Source of the DNA: Candidatus Epilinea brevis
Lineage (GTDB): Bacteria > Chloroflexota > Anaerolineae > Epilineales > Epilineaceae
NCBI GenBank assembly: GCA_016710785.1
Contig: JADJUE010000013.1
Coordinates: forward strand, 43,007-107,006
Direction of reading: 5' to 3'
DNA length: 64,000 nt
Position numbers and translations under genes: made by a program. The notes beneath the pieces were generated by a model. That model was not told the origin of the DNA. It saw only the letters and a program-made list of their open reading frames with translations, and made no database searches. Of the stretch, positions 27,435 through 37,830 are shown piece by piece. Every line of letters begins with the position of its first letter. Within the stretch, counting starts at the first letter, position 1.

Positions 27435-27971
27435 TCAGTCCTTGAAGTTCATCGCGCCTTCGTTGTTGACCAGACCGATCGTCAACTCCTCACCCTCTAC
27501 CAGGTAGGTGTCGGACTTCTGCAGCTGCTCGATGAAGGCGTCGGCCATCGAGCCCTCGGCGCAAGCGTCGGTGGAGATGACCTTCAGGTCGAAGATCAGT
27601 CGGGTATCGTCGGCCGTGTAGGTGCCGCCTGCAGTCTTGCAGTCGGCCTTGACCGCCACCGAGCCGCCGGGCACGAAGGTGACCGTGTAGTCGCTGGGCA
27701 TAGGCGACATGGTCGAGCTGTCACCCGGCCCCGTCGAACCTTCCCACTGCCAGACCTGCGCCGAGAGGCGGTTCTCGATGTCCTGGGCGGCGCCTGCAAT
27801 GGCGTCGCCGGCTTCCGATCCGGCTGTCGCCAGGTTCGATCCGGCAGTTGCCACAGCGACATCGGCTGTAGCGCCGGCTTCCTGCAGGCTGTCGGCGCCT
27901 TCCGGCCCCGGGCTGCGGCACGCGCCGCCAACCATGGCCAGTAGACCGAGCATCAGAATGTGCTGCTTCAT
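27435..27971 (-). CDS. META-domain lipoprotein (HslJ-like)
   Basis: GGAGG RBS. MKQHILMLGLLAMVGGAC is lipobox-like. META-like segments are WQWEG, YTVTFVPGGSVAVKADCKTAGGTY and LIFDLKVISTDACAEG. Confidence 0.6.
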   Translation of the reverse strand: MKQHILMLGLLAMVGGACRSPGPEGADSLQEAGATADVAVATAGSNLATAGSEAGDAIAGAAQDIENRLSAQVWQWEGSTGPGDSSTMSPMPSDYTVTFVPGGSVAVKADCKTAGGTYTADDTRLIFDLKVISTDACAEGSMADAFIEQLQKSDTYLVEGEELTIGLVNNEGAMNFKD

Positions 27972-28340
27972 GACGGTTCTCCTCCGGTGGAATCTGCACG
28001 TGGAATTTCAAGCGGACCGGCGCCGGATCCAGGTCGGATCTGGCGCAAGACCTGCTCTCTACAGTCTACAGCCCCAAGCAACAAGCAGCATCCGCCTTTC
28101 AGCGGGTCTGAAAGCCAACCGTTTGGGGGAGAGGGTCCGACGTCAGCCTGCGCCGGACGCGGTAGACCGCTGTTCGGAGTGGGGCTCGGGGACAAGACAC
28201 ATCGGCGGCGCGGCCATCGGGAGTGCGGGCCTTTCGCGTTCCTGATTCAACGCGGTGGCGACCAGCCCGCACTCCCGGCGATTCGTCGTTGCGACCGATC
28301 CGTTATCGAACGGGATCGGCCGATGGCGCTCGAACTGGGT

Positions 28341-28493
28341 CTAGCGGCCGACCAGGATCATGAGGCCAGCCACCAGCGCGAGGATCGCCATCACCGTTCC
28401 CAGACCTGCAATGGCCGGGATGAAGGCCCCGAGGCCGGTCAAGATCAGGTAGATCGACAACAGGATCATGCCAATGCTGCTCGTAAGTCTCAT
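28341..28493 (-). CDS. Small hydrophobic membrane protein (50 aa)
   Basis: AAGGAGAAG RBS. MRLTSSIGMILLSIYLILTGLGAFIPAIAGLGTVMAILALVAGLMILVGR. The longer tracked ORF has an implausible N-terminus. Confidence 0.35.
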   Translation of the reverse strand: MRLTSSIGMILLSIYLILTGLGAFIPAIAGLGTVMAILALVAGLMILVGR

Positions 28494-28656
28494 GTCGCTC
28501 TTCTCCTTGGTCGGGTCAGTCGCGATTCGTCGAGGGATTGCGAGATCCGCCTTCCCCGCGGGCAGTATATCGCGACCGAATTCGGACGTCAACCCAGTTG
28601 GCCAAGCGATCGGCCAGGCCCATTCGCTGAGAGCGGAACCCCGTGAAGGGGCCACC

Positions 28657-29565
28657 TCAGCCTGGCACGCCAAGCAGCCGCCCGAATGCCTCTGCCAGCT
28701 CGAAGGCCGCGCGTACGTTGCGCGGGTCGCGGCTGTTGATGTACTCCACGTTGACGCCGAGGCGGTCGGCGGGGATGCCGATCTCGCCGGCAAAAGTGGA
28801 GAGGCGCTCCCAGATCAGGGTCAGCTGGGCCATGGAGGCCTCGGCCATGTTGCGCGCGCCGCGCAGCATGCGCTCCACGTCGGGCGGCACGTAGACGCCC
28901 AGGTACTTCACCGCGAAGTTCAGGTCTTCTTCGCAGACGAAGGGCGAGAAGGTCAGGAAGAGCTTGGGGAAGTCCTCGGGGGCCAGGGCGCGGGTCATGT
29001 CCATCAGCAGGCAGCTCATCCACTCGGCTTCATAGAGCAGCTGGGTGGAGAAGAAGCGCATGCCCCAGGTATGGATCTTGTCCTGGATGCGCGCGATCTC
29101 GTCGAGCGTGGCCGGGCGGCCGACGAACTCGCGGCGGCGAGTAGGGATGATGATGCCCCCGCAATGGAAGCCGCGGCGCATGGCCGCCTTGGTACCGCCG
29201 CCCACCGAGAGCACTTCGTCGCCGTAGTCCTTGCCGCTGGTGTCGCCGCCCACCACGAAGACGTCGCCGCAGCCCAGCTCGGCGGCCCGCTCCAGCCAGC
29301 TGTCGAGGCTCGGGCGAGGTGTGGCCACGGCAACCTTGTAGAGGCAGAGCGGCCGGTCGCTACGCTCCCTCAGCCAGGCCGCGAACTCCAGGCTGCCCAC
29401 CCGCCGCCGCGACCGCCCGAACTCCGCCGAGTCCTGGATGTCCGGAACGCCCAGCACCTGATACCGCGTGTAGGCCTTCAGGCTTTCCTCCAGGATGGCG
29501 TATGCCTGGTCCTGGTGGGCGACCAGGGGCGGGCAGGCCTCCAGGACGACGCGAGCGGAGGCCAT
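28657..29565 (-). CDS. Methylenetetrahydrofolate reductase (MetF)-family protein, putative
   Basis: Weak but colinear similarity to MetF: VFVVGGDTSG resembles ALRGD, FFSTQLLYEAEWM resembles ITQFFFDVESY, and IIIPTRR resembles the AAYPE region. The start is uncertain; ATG 29565 or 29592. Confidence 0.4.
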   Translation of the reverse strand: MASARVVLEACPPLVAHQDQAYAILEESLKAYTRYQVLGVPDIQDSAEFGRSRRRVGSLEFAAWLRERSDRPLCLYKVAVATPRPSLDSWLERAAELGCGDVFVVGGDTSGKDYGDEVLSVGGGTKAAMRRGFHCGGIIIPTRRREFVGRPATLDEIARIQDKIHTWGMRFFSTQLLYEAEWMSCLLMDMTRALAPEDFPKLFLTFSPFVCEEDLNFAVKYLGVYVPPDVERMLRGARNMAEASMAQLTLIWERLSTFAGEIGIPADRLGVNVEYINSRDPRNVRAAFELAEAFGRLLGVPG

Positions 29566-29664
29566 GGCAGAGGGGAGGGGACTGGGGGGCATGGGGGGGA
29601 ATTGTAGACGATCTCGTTCCACGCCTGCCCTGCTATGATCCCTCCCGCCCAGGAGACTAGCCCC

Positions 29665-32569
29665 ATGTCCGAGCGATCCGCGAAGCCTCCCCTTCTCCTC
29701 CTCGTCGATGGTCATGCCTTGGCCTATCGGGCCTACCATGCCCTGCGCGAACCCATGAGCGCTCCCGATGGCGAGCCTACCGGCGCCACCTTCGGCTTCA
29801 CCAACATGCTTCTGGCCGCGTTGAACACCCATCGCCCCACGCATCTGGCGGTGGCCTTCGACCGTGGCAGGAGTGGGCGGGAGGCGCTGTATCCGCCCTA
29901 CAAGGCCAACCGCGCCGAGCGGCCGCCGGAGCTCGACGTGCAGCTGCAGCGCATCGCAGAAATCGTGGCTGCGTTCAACATCCCCGTTTACACCCTGGAT
30001 GGTTTCGAGGCGGATGACGTGCTGGGTACCTTGACCGCGCAGGCCGAAACGGCGGGGGTGGACAGCCTGGTCATCACCGGGGACAGCGATCTCCTGCAGA
30101 TGGTAGGCCCGCATACGCGCGTGGCGATCAGTGGCCGGCGCATGTCGGAAGTGGAGATCTACGACGCCGCCCGGGTTCGCGAGCGCTATGGTGTCGAACC
30201 GGTCGACCTGGCGGAGTGGAAGGGCCTCAAGGGGGACAGCTCGGACAACATCCTCGGCGTCAGCGGCATCGGCGAAAAGGGTGCAACCGAACTGATCCAA
30301 GCCCATGGAACAGTGGATGGAGTGCTCGCCGCCGCGCCCGGATTCAAGCCCGGACGCCTGCGCGACAACCTGATCGCCCAGGCGGATCAGGCGCGCCTCT
30401 CAGCCCGCCTCTGCCGCATCATGCGCGACCTGCCCGTCACCCTGGATATGGAGCAGGTGGCGCTCACCGGTTATGATCGGGAGGCGGTGTTGGCCATCTT
30501 CCGCCGCTTGTCCTTTCGCAACCTCATGGATCGCTTGCCGGCCCTCGACGCTTCCGCGCCTGGTGACGCCCCGGCCGCTCCGGCGCCGGCCGCGCCGTCG
30601 GGCGACTACCGCCTGGTCGCCGATCTGGCCGAGCTGGAGGACCTGACGGCGACGTGGGCCGCAGCCCCCCGCCTGGCGTTTGACACCGAAACCACCGGCG
30701 TGGACCCCATGCGCGCCCGGCTGGTGGGCATCGCCATCTCGGATGCGGTGGGGCGGGGCTGGTACATCGCGGTGGGCCATGGTGCGACGGCTGCGGAAGG
30801 GGATCCGTCCGCGGCGCCGGCCGCCCATGCGCAGCTGACCATGGACTTCGGCGTCGGCGCGACCGGAGCCGGCGCCGGCGGCGGGGGCCAACGCCACCGA
30901 TCCGCTCGATGGTCCACCTGACGGTGATCCGCCGGCTGCGCTCCCCGATCGCAATCTCCCATGGGCCGAGGTGCTCAGGTTGCTGGGTCCGGTGCTGCAG
31001 GGGCCGGCCATCAAGGTGGCTCACCATGCCAAGTACGATCTGACCGTTCTGCTGCGCGCCGGCCTGCCGGTGTCCGCACCGGTCTTCGACACCCTGGTGG
31101 CAGCCTGGCTGGTGGATCCGGGACGGCGCGGTCTGGGTCTCAAGGACCTGGCCTTTACCGAACTGGGCGTGGAGATGACGCCCATCTCGGCGTTGATCGG
31201 CAAGGGCAAGGGGCAGCGGACGATGGCTGAGGTGGACCCCGTCGATGCGGCGGCCTATGCCGGGGCCGATGTGGACATGACGCTCCGCCTGGCGCATTGG
31301 GCGGCGCCGCACTTGGAAGAACGCGGGGCGCGGGAACTCTTCGAGCAGCTGGAGATGCCCCTGATGTGGGTGCTGGCGGAGATGGAGCGCACCGGCATCC
31401 GCGTGGACGCCGAGGTGCTGGCGGAGATCGCCCGGGACCTCAACGCGCGGGCGGCGGCCCTGGAGGACCAGATCTTCGCGGGCGTTGGGCATCGCTTCAA
31501 CCTGGCTTCTCCCAAGCAGCTCTCAGAGGTGCTGTTCGGCGAGCTGGGCATCCCGCCCACGCGCAAGACGGACACCGGCTTCTCCACCAACGCCGACGCC
31601 CTGGCGGACCTGGCGGCGCAGTACCCCATCATCCAGACCATCCAGGACCACCGGCATGTACGCAAGCTCCTGGGTACCTATGTGGAAGCCCTGCCGCTCA
31701 TGATCAACTACGAGACCCTGCGCATTCACACCAGCTGGCAGCAAACAGGCACCGTGACCGGGCGCCTGTCGTCTACCGAACCCAACCTGCAGAACATTCC
31801 GGTGCGCTCCGAGTTGGGCGGCCAGATCCGCCGGGCCTTCGTGGCGGAGCAGGGCTGGCTGATCCTGGCGGCGGACTACAGTCAGATGGAGTTGCGTATC
31901 CTGGCGGCGCTCTCGGGCGACGAAGCGCTTACGGCCGTCTACGCCGAGGGTGGCGACGTGCACGCCGACACGGCGGCCTACCTGTTCCAGAAAGACCCGT
32001 CGGCAGTGACCGCCAATGAGCGCCGTCTGGCCAAGATCGTCAACTTCGGCATCGTCTACGGCATGGGCGCCTTCGGCCTCTCGCGTTCGACGGGCTGGTC
32101 GCGGTCGGAGTCGGCCGCCTTCATCGACCGCTACTTCACGCGCTACGCGGGGGTCAAGGCCTATTTCGACCGCCAGCTGGCGGACTGCGCCCAGACTGGC
32201 TACGTGTCCACCTTGCTGGGCCGCCGCCGCTACTTCCCGATGCTGCGCGAAGGCTCGGGTGTCGATGCCAACACAAGGGCGCGAATGGAGCGGGAAGCCC
32301 TCAACGCCCCCATTCAGGGTGGGGCCGCAGACATCACCAAACGGGCGATGATCGACTTGTCGGCAGCGCTCAAGGTGGGCGGCTATCGCGCCCGGCTGCT
32401 GCTGCAGGTCCACGATGAACTGTTGCTCGAGGTCCCCCCCGATGAGATCGACGCCGTGGCGGCGCTGACGCGGGCCATCATGACCGGCTGCGTGCCGCTG
32501 CCGGGCGTGTCGCTGGCGGTGGATGTCGCGGTCGGGGTGAACTGGGGGGAGCTGGTGCGGGTGACTTGA
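29665..32569 (+). CDS. polA: DNA polymerase I, interrupted by an apparent +1 frameshift between the Exo I and Exo II motifs
   Basis: AGGAG RBS. The 5'-3' exonuclease part has LLLVDGHALAYRAYHA and GIGEKGA. Exo I is LAFDTETTG. The frame-1 stop is at 30919-30921. The colinear remainder continues in frame 2 from about 30839: Exo II KVAHHAKYD, then RRAFVA, LILAADYSQMELR, KIVNFGIVYG and LLQVHDELLLE. A G5 run at 30883-30887 lies in the 80-bp window where the frames must switch. Confidence 0.8.
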
Positions 32570-32639
32570 CAGGTCCTGCCAGCGGCCGACGTGAGCGCTT
32601 GACTGAGGATCGCGGTCGAAGGCTGGTCGCTCGAGCGGT

Positions 32640-33746
32640 CTACCCGAACCACCGACCCACGCCCGCCGCACCCAACCCGTCCGCCAGCAGCCGCAGCTTC
32701 TTCTCCGTCTCCACCCAGGTGATGGGCGAGAGGCCCAGGAGTTCGCGGAGGTCGTCGGGGGCGAGGCCCGAGCGCCAGGCGCGCAGGGCCGCGGTCCAGC
32801 GCAGGGTCTCGAAGCTGACCTCGTCACCCAGACCGGCGGCCCGTGCCAGGTCGGCCAGCACGTACTCCAGGTTGCGGTCCGTCCATGGGAAAAGGCGCTC
32901 GGCCGTTCGGTAGCGCAGCAGGTAGGCCGGAAAGAGGCCGGACACCTTGGGCCCAACCGGCACGCGGCGCTCCTTGCGGGCGAAGCGCGGCTGGTCGTAG
33001 CGCACCAGGATGCTGGGCGGGTCCGCATCCAGGTTGAGGTCATCCGTACGTAGACGCACCAACTCACCCTTCTTGAGTCCCGTGTCCAGGAGCAGGCGCA
33101 GCATGAAGGCCGGACGCGGGTCGCGGGCTTCACCGCTGGCCAGTCCGTCCGCGACGGCGAGCAGCGTGGCCGCCTCCCTGTCCGTCAGCACCCGGGCCAG
33201 CGGCGCCTGCGCTCTCCTGTGCACCAGCGTGAGGGCGATGTCTCTTGGCAGAGCCCCGGCTGCGTGCAGCCAGCCGAAGAACACCTTCAGGGTCGTCAGG
33301 CGACGGGCGTAGGTCTTGGGGCTGCAGGGTTCGCCGCGGTACGCCAGCATCCAGGTCAGGAAACGGTTCAGGTCGTCGGTGCTGATGGCTGCCAGCGCCT
33401 TGTCGGGGCCTAGGAACTCTGCTAGCAGCCGCAGGTCGCTGGCGAAGGCGCGCCGCGTGTTGACCGTCTTGGCCAGGCGCCCGAGATGCTCGTCGAAGGC
33501 CGAGGCGGCGCCCTGCAGGCTGCTGGCGGCCGTCGGTATGGGGAGCGGCGCGAGGTAGGGGGAGGGGCTGGTGGCGGTGGAAACCACTGCGTCCGGATCA
33601 CCCTCGCGCGCCGCGGGTAGCGGTTCCTCGTCACCGCCGACCGCGGCGCCCGAGGCTGGTGCCACGGTCGGCAACGACGCAGCCGACGCCGCCTTGGACG
33701 GTGTGTCGAACAACGAGAGCTGTGCTTCGAGCGAACGTTTGTTCAT
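32640..33746 (-). CDS. Tyrosine site-specific recombinase (XerC/XerD-like) with an Ala/Ser/Pro-rich N-terminal extension
   Basis: The N-terminal SAM-like region has TRRAFASDLRLLAEFL. The C-terminal catalytic region has RLLLDTGLKKGELVRL and ETLRWTAALRAW, followed by LRELLGLS. The start is ATG 33746 (MNKRSLE). Confidence 0.65.
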   Translation of the reverse strand: MNKRSLEAQLSLFDTPSKAASAASLPTVAPASGAAVGGDEEPLPAAREGDPDAVVSTATSPSPYLAPLPIPTAASSLQGAASAFDEHLGRLAKTVNTRRAFASDLRLLAEFLGPDKALAAISTDDLNRFLTWMLAYRGEPCSPKTYARRLTTLKVFFGWLHAAGALPRDIALTLVHRRAQAPLARVLTDREAATLLAVADGLASGEARDPRPAFMLRLLLDTGLKKGELVRLRTDDLNLDADPPSILVRYDQPRFARKERRVPVGPKVSGLFPAYLLRYRTAERLFPWTDRNLEYVLADLARAAGLGDEVSFETLRWTAALRAWRSGLAPDDLRELLGLSPITWVETEKKLRLLADGLGAAGVGRWFG

Positions 33747-33804
33747 GCGGGCAGAATAGCAGGCGTCGGTTGGATTGGGAAGCCGGGCCTGCTCCGGCGC
33801 GACC

Positions 33805-35553
33805 CTAGCGCCGCGCCACCATCCGATTGCGCCTGAGGCGCGCCGCGAATCCGCCGTCGATCCCGTGACGCTGCGGCAGGCTGCGGTAGAAGCCCCGTTC
33901 ATCCACCAGGTCGGCCGGGATCAGGCCCGCCGCCGACTCCAGGCCGAAGTCCGGATGGCGCTCCAGGAAGGCGTCCACGCGGGCCTCGTTCTCTTCGGGT
34001 TCCAGGCTGCAGGTGCTGTAGACCAGCAGGCCATCCGGGCGCACCAGGGCCGCCGCCGCATCCAGCATGGCGTCCTGCGTCTTGCACAGGGTCGCCAGGT
34101 CGCCAGGTTCCCGGTTCCAGCGTAGGTCCGCACGACGGGCCATCACGCCGGTGCCGCTGCAGGGGGCGTCCAGGAGGACCCGGTCTGCCTGTCTGGCAAG
34201 CGGTTGGCCGGACTCGTCGCGCAACTCGTGCAAGGAGAGCAGGTCCGCCACCGCGCAGCGGACGCTCTTCAGGCCCAGGCGGGCGGCCGCCGCCTCGATC
34301 AGCTTGACCTTGCCGGGATGTACGTCCAGCGCCAGCACCTGGCCACGGTCCTTCATCAGCTCAGCGGCGTAGGTCGCCTTGCCGCCTGGAGCGGCGCAGA
34401 CGTCGATGATCGACTCGCCGCGTTGAGGGTCGAGCACGCGGACCACCAGCGCCGCAGCCTCGTCCTGCACCACGCAGAGCCCGCGGGTGAGAAGGCCCGC
34501 GGCCAGCACCGGTTGCAGGCGCGTCACCCGGATCAGGTCGTCCGGCAGCCAGGTCGAAGGCTCCTGCGGGGCTTCGAGCTCGGCCAGCTCGCCGGCGACA
34601 TCGGCTACTGTCGTGCGCAGTCGGTTCACCCTCAGCCCGTGGCTGGGTCGGGCGTTGTTCCAGTTGAGCAGGGCGGTCAGCTGATCGATGCCGAAGCGGT
34701 CGCGCCAACGCTTCACCAGCCAGCTGGGATGCGAATGGCGGATGGCCAGGTCTTCCAAAGGATCGCCGGTGGCCGGCTGCGGCAGGTCGTCGCGGCGGTT
34801 GTCCAGGTTGCGCAGCACGGCGTTCACCAAGCCCATCGCCTTCTCCGCGCCGACATCCTTGGCCAGGCTCACCGCCGCGTGAACCGCCGCATGGGGCGGC
34901 GTGGAGGCGTAGAGCAGCTCGTAGATCCCGAGGCGCAGTACCTGGCGCGCCCGCTGATCCAGGTTCTCCGGCTGCCCACTGAACGTGGCGTCGATCAGGT
35001 GGTCCAGCCAGCGCCGCCAACGGGTGACCCCCGCCACATAATCCGTCGCCGTGCGCCGCGCGCCGGGCCCGAGGCCGGCGTCCGGCTCCAGACGGGCCAC
35101 GTAGGCCCTGTCCTCTTCGATGCGCCGCAGCGCGGCCAGGGCCCAGGAGCGGGCGTTGAGCGGGCCTTCTACGTGCAGCCGATCGCCGCGAACCGGCTCC
35201 TCGGCGCCCCCTGCCGAACGGGTATCGGCCACCCGCGACCGGTCCCAAGGACGGGCCGTTCCGCGCTCCTCGCCCATGCCGCGGTGGTCGGGCCGATCGC
35301 CCATCGGCCGTCCGGACTGGGGACGATCACCGCTGGGGCCGCGGCGGTCCGGCCGATCGCTCATCGGCCGACCGGACTGGGGACGATCGCCGCCGGGGCC
35401 GCGGCGGTCGGGGCGGTCGCCCGTGGGGCGTCCGGACTGGGGACGATCACCGCTGGGACCGCGGCGGTCGGGGCGGTCGCCCATCGGCCGTCCGGACTGC
35501 GGGCGATCGCCGCCGGGGCCGCGGCGATCGGGACGGTCGGGTCGGTCGCCCAT
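33805..35553 (-). CDS. rsmB: 16S rRNA (cytosine-C5)-methyltransferase RsmB/Sun with a repetitive N-terminal extension
   Basis: NusB-like and Fmu regions are present, with IDVCAAPGGKAT, VLLDAPCSGTGV and STCSLEPEENE. The N-terminus holds GDRPDRRGP.GDRPQSGRPM repeats. The repeat-encoding frame continues upstream to ATG 36179 after a 14-bp tandem duplication at 35584-35611, so the true CDS may be 33805-36179. Confidence 0.75.
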   Translation of the reverse strand: MGDRPDRPDRRGPGGDRPQSGRPMGDRPDRRGPSGDRPQSGRPTGDRPDRRGPGGDRPQSGRPMSDRPDRRGPSGDRPQSGRPMGDRPDHRGMGEERGTARPWDRSRVADTRSAGGAEEPVRGDRLHVEGPLNARSWALAALRRIEEDRAYVARLEPDAGLGPGARRTATDYVAGVTRWRRWLDHLIDATFSGQPENLDQRARQVLRLGIYELLYASTPPHAAVHAAVSLAKDVGAEKAMGLVNAVLRNLDNRRDDLPQPATGDPLEDLAIRHSHPSWLVKRWRDRFGIDQLTALLNWNNARPSHGLRVNRLRTTVADVAGELAELEAPQEPSTWLPDDLIRVTRLQPVLAAGLLTRGLCVVQDEAAALVVRVLDPQRGESIIDVCAAPGGKATYAAELMKDRGQVLALDVHPGKVKLIEAAAARLGLKSVRCAVADLLSLHELRDESGQPLARQADRVLLDAPCSGTGVMARRADLRWNREPGDLATLCKTQDAMLDAAAALVRPDGLLVYSTCSLEPEENEARVDAFLERHPDFGLESAAGLIPADLVDERGFYRSLPQRHGIDGGFAARLRRNRMVARR

Positions 35554-35830
35554 CGGCCGTCCGGACTGCGGGCGATCGCCGCTGGGGCCGCGGCGGTGGG
35601 GCCGCGGCGGTCGGGACGGTCGGGGCGGTCGCCCGTGGGGCGTCCGGACTGGGGACGATCACCGCTGGGACCGCGGCGGTCGGGGCGGTCGGGTCGGTCG
35701 CCCATCGGCCGCCCGGACTGCGGGCGATCGCCGCCGGGACCGCGGCGGTCTGGACGGTCGGGACGGTCGCTCGTCGGTCGTCCGGACTGGGGCCGTTCAC
35801 TACCAGGACCGCGGCGGTCTGGACGGTTGC
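35270..35830. repeat. Coding tandem repeat array (60/66-bp units, ~9 copies) inside the rsmB 5' region
   Basis: Units such as catcggccgtccggactggggacgatcaccgctggggccgcggcggtcgg... recur with a 60-bp period and encode a 20-aa GDRPDRRGPSGDRPQSGRPM-type repeat. Confidence 0.6.
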
Positions 35831-36168
35831 CCATCGGCAGTCGCGGTCGGGTCCGATGTGAAGGACCGTAGGGTCGCGGTGCGGGAGGCGGCAGGTCAGT
35901 TTTCGTTTCGGACCGCGGGGCCGAAAGGTCGGGGGCCGGCTCTACGGCATCCGCCGGGTCTGCCTTCCTGGCTTTCGGCCGGTCGGCGGATGGCGGCTTG
36001 GCTTCGGCGCCCTGCTTTGGAGAGCCAGCCGCGATTGCGTTTGCGGCCACCGGCATTGGCCCGGAACCACGAGGCTTCTTCTTGACTACCGTTTCCGGCA
36101 AGCCGGCCGATTCGCCGTCCGTCGGTCTGTTCTTGGGCACCGCTTTGCGGCGGCGCGGCGTGTTTCCT

Positions 36169-37830
36169 TCAGCGGCCATCGACGAGTACCTTCAGCATTG
36201 TGGGCTCACGGTCCGGTAGCATGCGGGCGGACACGGTGAGGAGAATGAGGTAGAGGACCGACCCGTAGATCAACGCGGCCAGGATGCATGCTGGGAGCCA
36301 TGACGGCCGCAAGAGCGCGGCGGCGACAAGGACGCCCATGGACGGGGCCAGGAGCAGGGGGCTGCCGAAGAGGATGACCAGCACGCCGGCGAAGCTCGAC
36401 TGGTTGGTCTCCGCTCGGCCGCGTTCCAGGTCGACATAGGTTGGAAAACGCACGCTGCACAACTGGCCCAGGCCGGTGATCACCAGACCCGCGGCCGCTG
36501 CGGCTGACAGGATGAGGAGCGGCGCCAGAAGCGACGGTCGAGCAAGATAACTGCCTGCTGCGCAGGCCAAGGCGATGACGCCGGTGGTCACGAGCTGCAG
36601 CAGGCCATGGCTGAACAGGATCAGGTGGCGCGGAGCGGGGCTGGCCAGCAGCGTGCCCGTGCCCACATGGTCATACATTCCGAAGCGGTTGTTGCCCATG
36701 CTGCCGCTGACAAAGCCGGCCATGCCCCCGATGGCCAGGGCGATCAAAGCCGGTGGCGCGTGCTCCATGTCGGCTGATCGGCTGACCTGCCAGGCCATGA
36801 AGCCGAAGAGGATGGGCACGATCGAAAGCCGCAGCGTCATCGGGCTGCGCTGCAGGGTCAGCCAGTCCTTGCGCAACAGGCCCCAAAGGATCCGGCTGCG
36901 CTGGGCGCCCAGACCGGGCAGAATCGGCCGTTCGCGGAGCGTGCCGGCAGGGCCGGTTGCCATGGCCCCGCCGCGAAGCAGGTCGCCCCAAAGCAGGCGG
37001 CGCAGCAGCAGCAGTTGCAGTGGCACCAGGGCGGCCCCCAGAACCGCCAGCAGCAAGGTCATGGCCATCCACGCGCCCATGTCGCCGCGCGACAGACTCA
37101 GGAGGGCGTGGGCGGCCCAGCCGGCAGGTAGCCAGGTGGCCAGCTTGGTCGACAGAGCGTCGGGCCGGAAGAAGCCCGGCGAGCTGTTGGCGGCCATCCG
37201 TTGCAGACCCATCTGATCGAAATAGACCACCAAGAAGCCAACCATCAGCAGAAATGACGCGAGCGTGCGCAGGCGACGATCCTCACTGGCCAGGTCGGCC
37301 AGCAAGGTGGATACTGCTTTCAGGGTCAGCATGATCCACCCGACCAGCACCATTGTCAGGAGGGCGGCCATGGTCTGGATAGGACCGCGAGCCGTGCCCA
37401 GGGCAGCGGCCAACAGTACGGGTGCGCTGATGACGCCCAACAGGCTGAACAGGCCGCTGAACTGTCCGCCCAAGGCCAGGCTCAGCAAGCTCAACGGCTG
37501 GTGCAGCAGCCGCAGGTAACCCACGTTTTCGAGAAGCGGCTGCCCCGTCAGCGGTGCCATGGCCCAGAACATCAACAACGCGCCCATGCCCACGGCCAGG
37601 ATGCGTTCGGCCGTGCCTGGGTCCACCGACCGCAAGGCGATGTAGAGGCCCACCGTGCCCACGGCCAGGTAGGGCAAGGTGCCCAACAGGATCAGTCCGG
37701 TGAGCAGTAGGCGTCCGCGGCTGCGGGCGTCGCCGCGCAGGAGGCCGTTGAGGAGGAGGCGACGTTGCAGCCAGAACAGATGGCCCACCGTCTTCAGGGC
37801 CGCTCCGGCCTCATTCACTCGTCGAGCCAT
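36169..37830 (-). CDS. ABC transporter permease (polytopic membrane protein)
   Basis: The 553-aa product has about 12 hydrophobic helices. It overlaps by 16 nt the stop of the upstream ABC ATPase gene on the same strand. Confidence 0.5.
   Translation of the reverse strand: MARRVNEAGAALKTVGHLFWLQRRLLLNGLLRGDARSRGRLLLTGLILLGTLPYLAVGTVGLYIALRSVDPGTAERILAVGMGALLMFWAMAPLTGQPLLENVGYLRLLHQPLSLLSLALGGQFSGLFSLLGVISAPVLLAAALGTARGPIQTMAALLTMVLVGWIMLTLKAVSTLLADLASEDRRLRTLASFLLMVGFLVVYFDQMGLQRMAANSSPGFFRPDALSTKLATWLPAGWAAHALLSLSRGDMGAWMAMTLLLAVLGAALVPLQLLLLRRLLWGDLLRGGAMATGPAGTLRERPILPGLGAQRSRILWGLLRKDWLTLQRSPMTLRLSIVPILFGFMAWQVSRSADMEHAPPALIALAIGGMAGFVSGSMGNNRFGMYDHVGTGTLLASPAPRHLILFSHGLLQLVTTGVIALACAAGSYLARPSLLAPLLILSAAAAAGLVITGLGQLCSVRFPTYVDLERGRAETNQSSFAGVLVILFGSPLLLAPSMGVLVAAALLRPSWLPACILAALIYGSVLYLILLTVSARMLPDREPTMLKVLVDGR

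Noticed and set aside
28468-29607. 379-aa plus ORF.
   Set aside because: It is antisense to the MetF-like gene and has low-complexity Ala/Gly/Arg composition.
32640-33746. Tyrosine recombinase as a marker of an integrated mobile element.
   Set aside because: It is flanked by polA and rsmB with no tRNA, att-like direct repeats or phage genes. This is more consistent with a chromosomal Xer-type recombinase.
35270-35830. Considered whether the regular ~60-bp repeats could be a CRISPR array.
   Set aside because: The units are contiguous with no unique spacers. They encode an in-frame peptide repeat inside rsmB, and no cas genes are present.
34204-35871. 555-aa plus ORF.
   Set aside because: It is antisense to rsmB and its repeat array.
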